Origin: Adineta vaga
Taxonomy: Eukaryota > Animalia > Rotifera
Length of the DNA stretch: 64,000 nt
Assembly: GCA_021613535.1 (NCBI GenBank)
Contig: CP075493.1
Span: forward strand, 5,890,001 to 5,954,000
Reading direction: 5' to 3'
The notes below the pieces were generated by a model. That model did no database searches, was not told the DNA's origin, and was given only the letters and a program-made list of their open reading frames with translations. Below are positions 13,101 to 26,049 of the stretch, piece after piece. Positions within the stretch are counted from its first letter, which is position 1. Each line of letters opens with the position of its first letter. Made by a program: the position numbers and the translations under genes.

Positions 13101-15717
13101 CTATATCGAGATAAGATAAAGGTGAAAAAAGAAAGAAGGAAAGAGAGGTGTAACCTTGTCAATCTCAAGTATGTATATTAGATGATCACACACACGCTCG
13201 CGCGCGCACGCTCTTATCGATGTGTGACAAAAAAAATAGTAAAGTAGCTTCATTTAATTCGTTTTTTTTTCTCTAATGAAAAATATGTAAGTTACCCGGT
13301 ACAAGTTCGCCATTGAATAAGATATTGCAATGATGTATGACCGCTTTTTGTGGAAGAAATTGAACTTCATAGCAACTTTTACCAATTGGATTAATATCAT
13401 TGGGAATATTTTGACCAGAATAATTTACACTTATTTCAAGACTACCTTCACCTGCCATTGATGCATCGACTAGTATAGACAGATGACATATGTATCAGAT
13501 AAGCATTTTTTTCTTTCATTCGTGACTTACTTCGAAATTTCGTTGGCTTTCCTATTGCACTATCATTCGTTATTGGTGTAACAATAACTCTTTTTGGATC
13601 ATAACATTTTGCATAGAATGGACTTGCGAGTATGATTTTTCCATTTAATTTTACATGAATTCTGTAAGTTCCAATTTCTGTCGGTGTCCAATCTACTCGT
13701 AGTCCAGCAATAGTTAATAATGCTGATGGATTGATCGATTCGCCTTGAGGTGAAAATATTGTCACATCGCTATTTGATGAAGCACCTTGTGCTGCATCGA
13801 TAGTAAACCAAGTTTGTGCACCGAGTAATACTTGATTAAGACCAGGTCCATGGATTTTAATATCATCCGATGTAATCACTTGACATTCTTTTGGAAAACC
13901 TAAAATAATAATAATAATAATAATAATACTGTATTACTTTAATTGATTTGTTTTGTCTTCCTACCAGGAATATCATGTCCATTGAATTTGATCGAAAGTT
14001 TATGAAGATTATTCGAGGTGGGAAGAAATGTAAAATGAAATTTTGATTTGCCCAAAGGTTTGACTCGATTTGGTACTTGTCCATTATTAATAGCAACTTC
14101 TAATTGTCCCTCGCCAGCTTTTAATGCATCAATAGTAAATTCAGCTAGCTGATTAAAAATAATAAAACGTGGTATTTCCGAGACTATTATACGATTTGTA
14201 TCGTATGATTGAAGTATAAACGGCGAACCATATATCTCCATTTTTCGACTCGATCGTACATCTACACGATGCAAACCTGATCAAGGAAAAAAAACATATA
14301 GATGGTAAGAAGTGAAAGTCAGACAGATGTTATGTTTTTTTTCTATTCATGGTCTTTGCATCCGATCTATATCGCGCATCTTTTTCTGAAGGTAAGTTTA
14401 TATGCATATCAAATGATACAAAACGAAAGACATACTATTACAATATACATATATATATATATATAGACATTACAAAAAGAAGAAACCTGTACATGTACCT
14501 CTTTGATTTGATTTGTTCCTATCATAAATATACGTTGTCTTCTATCAATAAATGAACGTAACAAAAAAATTAATTTCGATTTCTTTCAGTTTAGTTTGAA
14601 TTAACTATTAAACCTTGTCAAGTGTATGTATATTTAAAAACTTCGTACATAATCGATGACCTCCTATGGTCACTAGTTTCTTTTTTCTTTTTTTTATGAA
14701 TATCAATTGACACGTTGATTAGTTATCTATTCACTCACCGATTTCATTCAACATATAGTCAATACGTGTCTTATTCGTGTTCAGTTGTGAACGTTGAAAC
14801 GAAACAGAACGACTTGATGGCGCTTGAAAGATGAAAGAAATCATAAAAGAACAATAACGAGGAATAGTTTTTTTTTCTCATCAATCAAATCATTTCGTAT
14901 TTTACCAGTTATGTTAATGTCAAATGATAATGATTGATTACAAATATCAAACGAAGCTGGATGTCCAATATGTATATTTGTCAAATGATTTGATACGATA
15001 ACTTGTTCCAAATCTTTGATATGACAAGAGAATGGACTACCTGAAAGTAAAAGAAATAACCGATCGATTAAGATTTCAAATCTAATCTAATCTAATCTAT
15101 CTAATTACCTGGTATCGCTAATCCATTAAATCGAATGTCAATTTTATGCAAACCACACTGTCGTGGTAGAAAGCTTACATCAAATTGAGATGTTCCATAT
15201 GAAAGAGCATTGCATAAAACTTGTCCATCTTGTACAAATACTTCCAGTTGTCCAATACCAGCTTTGATTGTATCAATATTAAAACGAACAAGTTGATTGA
15301 TATAACCATCATTTAAATTTGATACATTAACTTGATTTCTATCAAAAACATTGATTTTAAATGGATATTTATTAACAGGTTTTTCCGCAAGATAAACCAT
15401 CATTTGCATTTCACCGATTTCATATGGAATATAATATACCATCCATATTCCATCACCTTGATTGATCACTTCAATCAAATCGGAACGTTCTGATGGTTGT
15501 ATGACGATTTTAATTTCGTCCGTTGGATTATAAGATGAACGTGCATCGATGATAAATGATGTTTGAACATCAACTTGAGCCTGATGTAGACCATCACCGA
15601 AAATATTAATCGGCTGATCACCTTAATAATGGATTAGAAAGGAAAACAAGATATGATTTGTCTACTTCTAATCCTGAGAATATTTGACTTACGAATATTT
15701 AAACGTCGAATAAACAT
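1145..15717 (-). CDS. Large multi-exon filamin-repeat protein, jitterbug/FLN-2-like; no calponin-homology actin-binding domain seen
   Basis: Dozens of exons encode filamin Ig repeats (G.G.L.V.I...YxP...G.Y.I.I.F.G..I.GSPF). The C-terminal KVRVYGPGIEHGVLSTFHSHFVCETKGAGAGQLTVKVRGPKGAFRVEMQRE...GSPF resembles Drosophila Jbug. The putative first exon MFIRRLNI|gtaagt (ATG at 15717) splices in phase to DQPINIFGDGLHQA. The stop is at 1145. Confidence 0.88.
5913..6547 (+). CDS. Divergent Q50 paired-like (PRD-class) homeobox gene, 3 exons, nested antisense in a filamin intron
   Basis: The spliced homeodomain is RARRARTYFDDRSIQVLEHAFLQEQYPDIHRREQLSNEIGTSEARVQ|VWFQNKRSRCRKR, with an intron between residues 46 and 47 as is typical of PRD genes. 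There is an N-terminal eh1-like YSVKRLL and an AATAAA at 6609-6614. Confidence 0.9.
12682..12727 (-). CDS. Putative alternative first exon of the filamin gene (MFALHKTSICSRTSP), from an internal promoter
   Basis: ATG at 12727, then 46 nt ending in a phase-1 donor (CCAG|gtagtt) compatible with the acceptor of the GSPFPVNV exon. It lies in an enlarged intron, just downstream of a GA-repeat tract (12802-12845). Confidence 0.55.
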
Positions 15718-16336
15718 ATTTGCTCAATCATGATCACCAAAATAATAATCGACCAAATGTTCAATATGAATTTTGTTCAAGACGAGACAAAATGTATAAA
15801 ATAAAGATGCACATCGTAAAAACGTTTATTTCATTTGACATGTTCGTCAGTCTGTCTCAACAACTATAATTATATGCTTGTCATATTACATTATATATCG
15901 GAGATTTATACATGGGGACGTACATCATTGTTAAGACAAAAAAAAGAAAAAGAAGAAGAAGAAAGTTACTGACCATGAATCGATTTGAACAAAAAAGGCG
16001 ATCATTGAACGGATAGAGTCTATACATCGTTTGTTCTTCACTATCACCTTGTCGTCTAGACAAATCAACACGATTTTCTTTTCCAGATAAATCATTAGTT
16101 ACATTTCAAATCAATACAGATTTCATAGACAATTTGTAGCAATTCAATTTCATTGAAAAACTATTGATTTTAATTTGATTCTATGTATATTTGTTCTTTA
16201 CAAATATATGAATTGATTCATCATGTCCTTGATTATGATGTTAGTAATCGATCTCCTATCTTTTACTTCATCTTATTTCGTGTTGTTAAATTAAAAATCA
16301 AATACTAATGTACATTTCATTTCAAATCATACTCAA

Positions 16337-16813
16337 ATGACGAACATGCCACCATCTTATAGTAAGTTTTTCGTTTTGCTTAGTGAAATTTTTCATACAT
16401 ATATATATATATATCGACTCGCTAATTAGCTGAAGAAACTCATCAATCATCTTCATCCTCAGATTATACGAAAAAACTAGATTCAAATGTTTCGATGCAA
16501 GAATCGCAAAAAATTCCAATTGTTGCACCATCGGGTACTAGTCCAATGCCATGTATATGTCCATACTGTCGTCAAGCAATTATCACACGAGTGGAAAAAA
16601 CAAATGGTTTAGTTGTTTGGCTTGCTTCAGCTGGTATTTGTCTTCTAGGTTGTGCATTAGGCTGTTGTTTAATACCATTTTTTATTGATGGTATCAAAGT
16701 ATGTAATTAAGATAAAATAGATTCATTTCATATCAACTCGTTGTTTTCGTTAGGATACAACACATTATTGCCCAAATTGTCAACGTGTGATTGGACAAAA
16801 CAAAAAATTATAG
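16337..16813 (+). CDS. LITAF: LITAF/CDIP1-family zinc-binding membrane protein, 3 exons
   Basis: MTNMPPSY|TEETH...CPYCRQAIITRVEKTNGLVVWLASAGICLLGCALGCCLIPFFIDGIK|DTTHYCPNCQRVIGQNKKL*. It has the PPxY motif, CxxC, hydrophobic stretch and HxCxxC of the family. Confidence 0.93.
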
Positions 16814-17715
16814 TTTGTCCATTTTCTTGATCTTTATCTCTACAAACTTATTGACATGTTACCTATTTTATTTCATAATCATATGCTTTTATCTTATATA
16901 AAAAAAAAGAGTGTCTGATCTACATCATAGATTTTGATGACAACTTTATCGTTCAGTCAAATATATATCAAAACCACTAATCTCCACTCGATTGAACACG
17001 TGAGATAACAGTTTTTTCATACATCATTTTGATAAAGAGTACAATCAAAAGGAATATATATATATGTAGATCGTACCATACAGAACATTAATTTTCTAAT
17101 AATAGACAATTTCGTTTTCAATTTCAACATAGACTAATTATAGTTTCTTGCCAATATACATACACAATTATCAATATATAGAGTAAATACATCAAGATTA
17201 AAAAATTAATTAGTGAAAATATTTCGAATAAAAAATTCTTAATATAGATCACTTCAAAAGTAATAGTCATTGAAACAATATCAAAGAAGTCTAGATTATA
17301 AAGAGATCTTTTCAACTTTAAATTGCCTTTTATCAATGATTGCACACAGACGAAATTTATCGAATCATTTGCAATGTAACGGATGACATGTTTCATAGAA
17401 GATAAAAGAAAAGTCCGATCATGTAAACTAACGTGTTCACTAAGCAGCTCATATACATAATTCAGTAGTCAAAAAATGGAAAATATACAAATAATATTGA
17501 AATAGAAGTGACTATTCTATTTTCTTTCATATATTCACATTCTTTAATTGAAACTATGAAGAAAAAAAACTCCCACTAACAGCTTTTTGCCTGCCATAGG
17601 AGAAAACAAATACTCCCGACATCATATTGTCTCACTTCGTATACTTTTCTTTAATTTTAACTGTTGACAAGAATTATTAGGCCGTTCGTAAAAGTCAGGT
17701 TAGTAGAGAGAGAAT

Positions 17716-18564
17716 ATGTTAATCGTACGGAAAGAATCGATTCGATCTTTAATATCTATATTCATCATATCAATTCTTATTGGAATACAGACGTATTCTC
17801 ATCGTTCAATTCTCTATATTTTCATTACAAATAATAGTTCAAGTTATTCGTTTACTATCGATTTCTATCCTAATATTGCTGTTTTGATTGAATTTCGTGA
17901 AACTGATCGAATCGTTAGTGTTATTCATAATATTAATCAACATATACCATCGACATGGCCTATTCAAATATTTCATGGTAAAGAAAATGAAAATTTTATT
18001 CGAAATTCTACTCTAAAATCCTTGATTACATCTGGTAAAGTATTTCTTACTTCGATTGATTCTTTTGATAATAAATTGAAAATCAATACTTTATTAACCG
18101 ATATGAATTTTTGGAAACAAGTTCGTGGTGAAAAAATTCTTTTTTTTCAAACTGATTCCATCATGTGTTCCAATTCTCCACATTCAATAACTGATTATCT
18201 TCAATATGATTATATTGGTGCTCCATGGGATCCAACGGGCTTTCCATTTAATAAAACATATCTTGTTGGAAATGGCGGATTTTCTCTACGTAATCGTCAG
18301 AAAATTTTAACATTACTTACCATCTTTCCCTACCAATCATTTCTACCTGAAGACGTTTGGTTTGCACAAAATTTTCATCGTGTTAATGCATCTATTGCTC
18401 CAGTGAAGGTTGCAAAGACATTTTCTGTTGAATCAATGTTCTATGAACGACCTGTTGGTGTACATCGATTTCCTTGGAATTGTAAGATTCGAAAAAAACT
18501 AAGTGAAACATGTCCAGAATCACTATTGCTTCTACCAATTAAAGGATGTTTAGGAAATGTATAA
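17716..18564 (+). CDS. DUF5672-domain protein (glycosyltransferase-like), intronless, with N-terminal membrane anchor
   Basis: 282-aa ORF with FWKQVRGEKILFFQTDS, YDYIGAPW, VGNGGFSLR, EDVWF and FSVE motifs characteristic of DUF5672, plus a hydrophobic N-terminus. Confidence 0.82.
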   Translation: MLIVRKESIRSLISIFIISILIGIQTYSHRSILYIFITNNSSSYSFTIDFYPNIAVLIEFRETDRIVSVIHNINQHIPSTWPIQIFHGKENENFIRNSTLKSLITSGKVFLTSIDSFDNKLKINTLLTDMNFWKQVRGEKILFFQTDSIMCSNSPHSITDYLQYDYIGAPWDPTGFPFNKTYLVGNGGFSLRNRQKILTLLTIFPYQSFLPEDVWFAQNFHRVNASIAPVKVAKTFSVESMFYERPVGVHRFPWNCKIRKKLSETCPESLLLLPIKGCLGNV

Positions 18565-18762
18565 ATAGTTCTGTATATGTTTTACATTTACAAATAATAT
18601 ATTTAAAAGTATTCAATCGAATGACATATGCCGTTGTCATATATGTAAAATTAAAAATAAATATGAACATCATTATTCATCTGGTGAAGTCATTTCTTCT
18701 TGGATTACAAGGATTAATAAACATATAAAATCGATTGTACATATGTCATGCCGAAGTTAAAA

Positions 18763-19260
18763 TTAAGGACCCCTCCCACTCAAAACAAAAGTCAATTTTC
18801 GTCAAAAATTTCACAATTGAGATAACTAGATGAAAAGATAGCCTGTTTTCAGATCTTTCAGATGTGATAAAACCGTTTTTTGGCTAAGAATTTTGACGAT
18901 TTTCATAATTAGTTGCTTGAAAAAAATGTTGTTCTTTTTTTCTCAGTTTAGGTATGTTCTATAAATTTTATTTAGTTTTTGTTAGAGAGAACATGTCAAA
19001 ATGTATGGCACGACAGAATCACTTTTTAAAATTAAGCCGTATTTTCTTTACATGCATATACACTTATGTAATTAGACTCCCGTTTTGTCGCCTTTTTTTA
19101 GTCATTGCATTTGTCATCCTCTTCTTCGCTACTAAGAAGAAGAATTTTAAAAAAGTCACTCTGTAGTGTCCTGTATCGTGATGTGCTCTTTCTAACAAAA
19201 AATAAATGAAATGTATAGCACAAGCCTGGACTAAGATTCGGTTTTGAATGAAGGAGACCC
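18763..19260. mobile_element. Possible decayed non-autonomous DNA transposon (MITE-like)
   Basis: TTAA followed by GGACCCCTCCCACTCAAAAC (18767-18786). 19241-19260 matches its reverse complement at 13/20 positions, and all mismatches are transitions. There is an internal imperfect inverted repeat (TCGTCAAAAATT / AATTTTGACGA). No right-hand TSD. Confidence 0.3.
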
Positions 19261-21366
19261 CGATCGATTTAGTATATTCGTTCGAATGAATTTGAAACTT
19301 TTAGAGTATGATTTAAAACGAAGTCAAGTACCACCTCTTCATCAGGTGAACTTGCATATGAATTTGATTTCAATCAATGTCCGAATGATTTCCTAGATAA
19401 ACAAAAGCAATATATGCTAATGATTTAATCTTGACGAAAGCTAATAAATTTTCTCTCCTCTTCTTTCCCTTGTTCATTCGACAAGAGAAAATGAGATGAT
19501 GACGCGATGGATAGCGTGATGACCGCTGGCAGGCATATGCATAAAAATGATGAATCTGTCAGTAAAATTGAGTAGACAAAAAAAAGAAGATTTTCGAGTA
19601 AAATTCAATTGATACTGTTGATCAAAAGTATGATTGGCAACAAGCTGTGCATTGTTTTTGTTCTTTGATAAAAATAACGAGAAGAAAAACAATTGTTTTC
19701 TTGAGACAATCAATCTTTAATTACTGACTTTTTGATAAAAAAAAATCGACGGTAGTCGAATATATGTAAAATAGAAAGAAACAAAAGTTGATTAGGTACA
19801 GAAAGAACAAAGAATAATTGTGTTTGTTTTTTACCAAAGAAAAACTGACATATTCACAGAACTAATTAGAAATAACCTGTATATTGCGTAAGTAATATCG
19901 AAAAAAAAATTGGATAGGTCAAGGCATTATGTATATTGATGATAGACAAGCGATGAAGATAGAGCTTTTCAGCAATTGTTTCCTTTATATATGTATGTAT
20001 GTATGTATATTGTAGGGTAGAACGAAAGCGAGTTATTTCCGACGTATATAATCGATCCCCGAGGGTACTGGTCAGTGATTTAAGTGGAATATTCCAAGCT
20101 GAAAGTATGTAGTAGTCGGATGATGTTGAAAAAAAAAAGTTAATGTCCGTTTTGTTTGTCAAGAGGATAGGTTATTTGTCTTATGAAGGAAACATTCTTG
20201 TATATAGTTGTCGAGAAAAGGCTTTGTTCATTTTTCTCTTCTTACTTTCTTTTGTGTTTAATATCGCAGTGAAATCATGTGTCAAAAACTAGATAGATAG
20301 ATGAATGAATTGCTTGTCAGTTTTTCTCTTCTCTCTCTGTGTCTTGCAATAAGATATGTGTCTACTGGCTCTGTCAAACTCTTCGATGACGAAAAAGGTT
20401 GCATCACTATTGTGAATCGACAATATTAATGACAGTTTTCTTTTTGTCTGATGATCTGGTGTTTATTTTAGATGATAATCAAAATGTAAGAGATACAATA
20501 AGACTTTTCTTTTTGTTTTATTATACACGCTGAGATAATATCTTTCAAGTGCATTGACCGTATTAAGAAATAACAGACATTACCTACTGTGTCATTCGTT
20601 TTCTTTAGCAAAAGAAAAACTCATCATCAGTGTGCTTGACATGCTTTTATTCATTAAATTCTCATTGTTTTTCACCAATTGAGTTCAAAACAAAAATTCA
20701 TCATATTTAACTTTGAGGTGCATATATATATATACAAACATATATATATTCCGTTCTTTTACATTACTATGATAGCCAAGAAGAAGAAGAGGAGAGAAGA
20801 GAGAAGAAGAAGACGACAGCAAGAGAAAAATAATGATGATGAACACAACCGACAAAAGAAGAGATGTGCATTATTATTATTATTATGGTTCCCTATTGTT
20901 ATACAGTAGACATACGACGTTATACTATCAAACTTCAGTGAATAAATATACATAAAAAAGAAGAAGAAGACGAAGAAGTGAGTTTATGATTACCCAAATC
21001 GATCTTTGACTTACGATGATGATGATAACAAATAAAATATGTCAGGGTCCTTTTTTTTTATCTTCTAATATAACATAACATATCAGAATCTAATAAGCAT
21101 GAAGGTCCATATTACCACATATTTCATCTCATTTTCTTGCGAGAATAAATTATTTTAGAATGAAATATAACATAGCATTTTTCCACCTGTATGCTTCAAT
21201 GCTTTTGTTGATATTAAAGAAGCCTTGTCAAGTGTGCATATGCATGGTCAGTTAGAGTTGGATAGAATGTAATTGAATGTTTATTGTAAAGAAACATATT
21301 CAATCTATCGTGATTAGGCTATGTCTGACCATTGTCTCTTTCCAGTTTTTTTTTATTCTTTCAGAA

Positions 21367-24300
21367 ATGCCACTAAGCCTACTTATACAGTTGCTCATAA
21401 TCTATTCAATTTTATGTAAGTATAGATAATTAAAACATAAAAAAAACGATGATATTCAATCATATCATGTTTTTCTATTTAGATTTGTCATCGGGTGAAA
21501 ATCAATTCTATCGAATTCAACCTCATGATATATCTGCTATAATTGGTTCGAATATTACTATTCCATGTGTAATTGCTTTACCTCATGGAGATGTACAATG
21601 GACAAAAGATGGTCTGGCATTAGGTAAGTTATCAAAGATACACAACGAAGGGTCGAATTCATTTAATAATCTATTCATGTTTTTTTTTAGGTTATGATCG
21701 TCAACTACCTGCTTTTCCATCATGGTCAATCACTGGTGATGAAACTCAAGGAGAATACAATTTTTTTATACAATCATTAAAATTAGAAGATGAAGGCATT
21801 TTTGCTTGTGAAGTTTCACCTTATAAAGATGCACCAGCATTGAAACAGGTTGCACATATTAGATCACTTATACAACCACAACGTGTACAAGTCAACAATC
21901 AACCTTTGTGGAATGAAACGTCAATGGTTATGATTAGATATGATGAAACTATTCATCAAATCAATTGTGAAGTTGATGCAGCACGACCAGCAGCTCATAT
22001 TAAATGGTTTAATGAAACAGGTCATGAATATCCAGCTACTTCGCGAACATATACTCAAAGTAAATAGAACGAGATAAACAGTTATTAAACCTTTTTCCTA
22101 TGATATAGGTCGTATTTATTCAACAACCAGTACTTTAACTCTTATTCCATCATTATCATTGAATAATCAACGTTTTACATGTCGTGTTCACCATGAAACA
22201 CTACTTGGAAAAATGGATAAACTTTATACAACTGTTGAAATTCAAATTACTTCTCCACCAACTATTCCTACTATTGAAGGCTATACATCAACATATTTGT
22301 TACTAAATGGTTCGTATTTAACATTATCATGTTCATCATATGGTGGAAATCCATTTGGTAAATTATCATGGTATCGATTAGACAATGAAAATAAACGATT
22401 AGATCTTATTGATAATTCATCAATTATATATTCTCAACAAAATATGACTGTAAATAACATATCAATGATCATTACACCTTCAGATAATAATGTGACATTT
22501 TCATGTCACGTATCAAATGAATATCTTTCTTCATTAGGACAAACATTACAGACAGATCTAACTTTGCAAGTTGCTTGTAAGTTATCAAATGAGATATCTT
22601 AAGACAAAAGATTTCCTCTTACTTTATTTTAGTTGGTCCATCATCAGTATATATTCGTAATAATAATAATAATAATGTTACTACATTAATCGAAGGAACT
22701 CCACGACAATTTCAATGTCGAACATCATCATCCAATCCTCGACCGATTGTATCTTGGAAATTAAATGGACAGGCACTTTCGCCTGATATAGATCCTTTAG
22801 AAGAATCCGGAGAATTTTCTGGAACAACTATACAAATAACCAAAACACTTGGTCTCGATAAATCATTGAAAGAATATCATCAAAAAATTCTATCATGTGA
22901 AGCACGAAATCCCGAAACAGGTCATATTGTTACAGATGCAACTCAGTTAAATATTCTCTGTTCGTAATCATTATTCGAATTATTTGTTAGATTTTCTATT
23001 GAATCAAACTTTTAGATGATGCAATTAGTATTGAAATGCATGGAATATCTCAGAATAAATTAATCAAATCGGGAGATACAGTTACAGCCGAATGTATTCT
23101 AACGGGTGGACATCCTTTAGGAAAAATTATTTGGTATAAAGGTATTTAACTAACTTATATATATATATGTTCTTTTTCAAATCATCGATATTTCGTTTTC
23201 AGGTGGAGAATTACTTCATTCAGAATATATAATGGAATCAACTGGAAATTATGCAATAAGTCGTATACAATTTATTGCTTCATCTTCTGATAATAATATT
23301 CCTCTCACATGTAAAGGACAAGTTGAAAATTTTCCACAAAAATTTGCTTCATTCGTTCTCAATGTTACTTGTAAGTCATTGATATTATTTTGAAATTGTT
23401 AGAAATATGAATGTGTTCTAGTTCTTCCTGCGGAAATAACCATTCTTGGAAATGAACTTTTATCGAATTTATCAATAAATAATGATAGTCCACGTGAATT
23501 TGAATGTCAAGCTTCATTATCAAATCCTCCAGTTCAATTGAAAATAACTCGTCAATCAAATGATGGACAAAAATATGCAGATGTTCAATATAAATCTTTG
23601 AATTCAGATCCAACTGGAATTAATTCAATTAAATTCATGGTTTGTTTTTCTAAACTATTCGTTTGTTTATTTGATAAATCTCGAAATATTTCTAGTTACC
23701 ACATATCGATCGTTCTCTTCATGGAAATCTTTTAACATGTGAAGCAATCTTAAATATCAATCCTGCACCTCTTACAAAACAAGTTACTTATGTACTCAAT
23801 GTAAATCGTATGTGAACTATTCATTGATTGATCTATTTGTTAATTGAAATTCTTGTTTTTAAGATAAACCTTATTTTCGTGATTTTTATACATTGATTGA
23901 AGTAAAAGAAAATCAATCATTCAATAGCACGTTAGAAGCAAATGGTTATCCAATGCCTATTACTTATCAATGGTTTCATCCATCGGGAAGACAATTAATG
24001 AATGATCAAATGAATATCTTTGTTAATCAAGGACAATTAGCTTTAACAAATATTCAACGAAATGATGCTGGTAGTTATCGTTGTGTTGCATCAAATCTAG
24101 TTGGAAGTACGGAAGTTAATTTTACATTGAATGTTCTCTATGGACCAATTATTACACGAACACAAGGATATTCTTTAACAGAAGCTTTAATGCCAGGTTC
24201 TTCAGCAATACTTCTATGTGTTGTTAATAGCAATCCAATGAATATCAGTACTACACGTTGGTTTAGAGATAATCAAGAAATTTCCTATGATCAATGGGAA

Positions 24301-25866
24301 AAACGAATTCGAGATAATGAAGTATCATTAATACGAAAATCTGTTCAACGAGAAGATGCAGGATTATATTTATGTGAAATAGACAACCAATTAGGAAGTA
24401 GCCGTGCAACAGTGCCATTAGTCATTCAATGTAATGATTGATATATTTCATGTTGGTTAATTCTGAAGGAATTTTCTTTTAAATATCACTTTAGATGCAC
24501 CTGAGATTGATCGATCGGATCCAAGTTATAACAAAGCTGCAGCTGATGCTGATCATTTATTAACAGCAGAACTTCACTGTTATATATCGGCAATACCAAA
24601 ACCTACTGTTGTTTGGATGAAGGTTAGTGAATTCTAAAAATGAAATTTCATTTCGAAAAAACGATTTCCTTTTTTCTTTTAGAATAATCTTGTCCTATCG
24701 TCATCAAAATATCAAACGAAATTTCAAGAACGAATTCTGAATTCGTCATTTTCAACAAATCTAACATTCGAGGCAATTCTCTCTATAGCAAATGTGACTA
24801 AATCAGATTATGGTATCTATCAATGTAAAGTAGAAAATAAATTAGGAATTGATATCACAGAAATAATATTAACTGGCCTTAGTAAGTTCTTATTTTGTTC
24901 GATTGAATTCATATATATTTCGTATAATTTAGCCATTCCGGATCCTCCTAATCAAGTTCGAATAGTTAATGCCTCACATTCATCAATATTAATCAGCTGG
25001 ATGCCTGGCTTTGATGGTGGATCTCCTCAAACATTTCAACTTCGTTATCGTCTATCAACAGAAACTCGTTATGTATATGTTTTCATTCCTCCAAATATTC
25101 AATCATATGATTTGAAAAATCTTCGACTTGGAAGTGAATATCATTTAAGTCTTCGTTCAAATAATTCTCATCATTTAAGTGAATGGACTGAGGATATTAT
25201 TCAATCAACATCATCTTATATTCCAACATCGCTATTTCATACATCAGAAATGTTTCCCTTGAAATATTCGTATACATTTCTAATTATTATTGCTCTTATT
25301 GGTTTACTAATTATCTTTATTAATGTTATTCTAATCTCGTTTTTTCTTGTTAAACGACGTCGTGCGAATGTAACTAGTGATAATTCTTCTACAACAGGTA
25401 CAAATGAAACAGAAACAAATACGGTTGATATATTTCAACCAATTCCATCCAATTTCTTTTTATCACAACCACCACAAATAACAAATACTTATCAAAAATA
25501 TGAAGATGATGATATTCAACGACCATTTGTTTCTTCCTATTCAACAGCAAATACATCCAATCAAAGTAAATTCTATTCTTAAATCTCTCTCTCTCTCTCT
25601 TTCTCTTATTCTATAATCGATTTTCATTATTTAGATAGCAATTCACCTACATATGGTGTCATCAGAGTAATTTCTATTGAGAAAATCATCTTCATACAAT
25701 ATATTTTATTTTATTTTAGAAGGATCGTTTGTCGACATATGATAATTTCCGTACGCATCAATTTTATCCTTCCAGTATTGAAAATAATCATCATATTAGT
25801 TATCGAAGTTTTCGAGATGGTACAAGTAGTTCTACGATATGCATGAATGTGTTCGAGCAGAATTAG
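21367..25866 (+). CDS. Nephrin/Sns/SYG-2-like cell adhesion protein (signal peptide, ~9 Ig domains, FN3, TM, cytoplasmic tail)
   Basis: Signal exon MPLSLLIQLLIIYSIL. Ig1 is ITIPCV...VQWTKDGLALGYDR...GEYNFFIQSLKLEDEGIFACEV, followed by successive Ig domains. The FN3 reads PDPP...SWMPGFDGGSPQTFQLRY and the TM reads FLIIIALIGLLIIFINVILISFFLV then KRRR. The last exon is uncertain (end 25866 to ~25950). Confidence 0.88.
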
Positions 25867-26049
25867 TTTAATTGACGCCATTCGACAGTGATCAGGAAAG
25901 ATATTATTGACATGTGCTGTTTTTCTTCTCTCTTTATTTTTACATAAATAAAATTATCGTATTAAATGTGTTATTGAAAGATTGAATTCATTCTTCGTGT
26001 AAATCAATATTTTAGTTTTTTTTTATTAGAAGTAAAGAAATTCATGACT

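Noticed and set aside
14349-14397. Plus-strand mini-exon MVFASDLYRASFSE followed by a perfect GTAAGT inside a filamin intron
   Set aside because: No downstream plus-strand acceptor gives a sustained open frame, so a second nested gene is unsupported.
19474-20953. Several 60-100 aa ORFs upstream of the nephrin-like gene
   Set aside because: They are low-complexity translations of microsatellites and AT-rich DNA with no motifs or coherent splice structure.
14613-21235. Exact 13-mer CCTTGTCAAGTGT at 14613 and 21223, and frequent TGTCAA motifs
   Set aside because: Two copies of a 13-mer could arise by chance, and I cannot compute enrichment. At most this is a generic TALE-homeodomain-like site.
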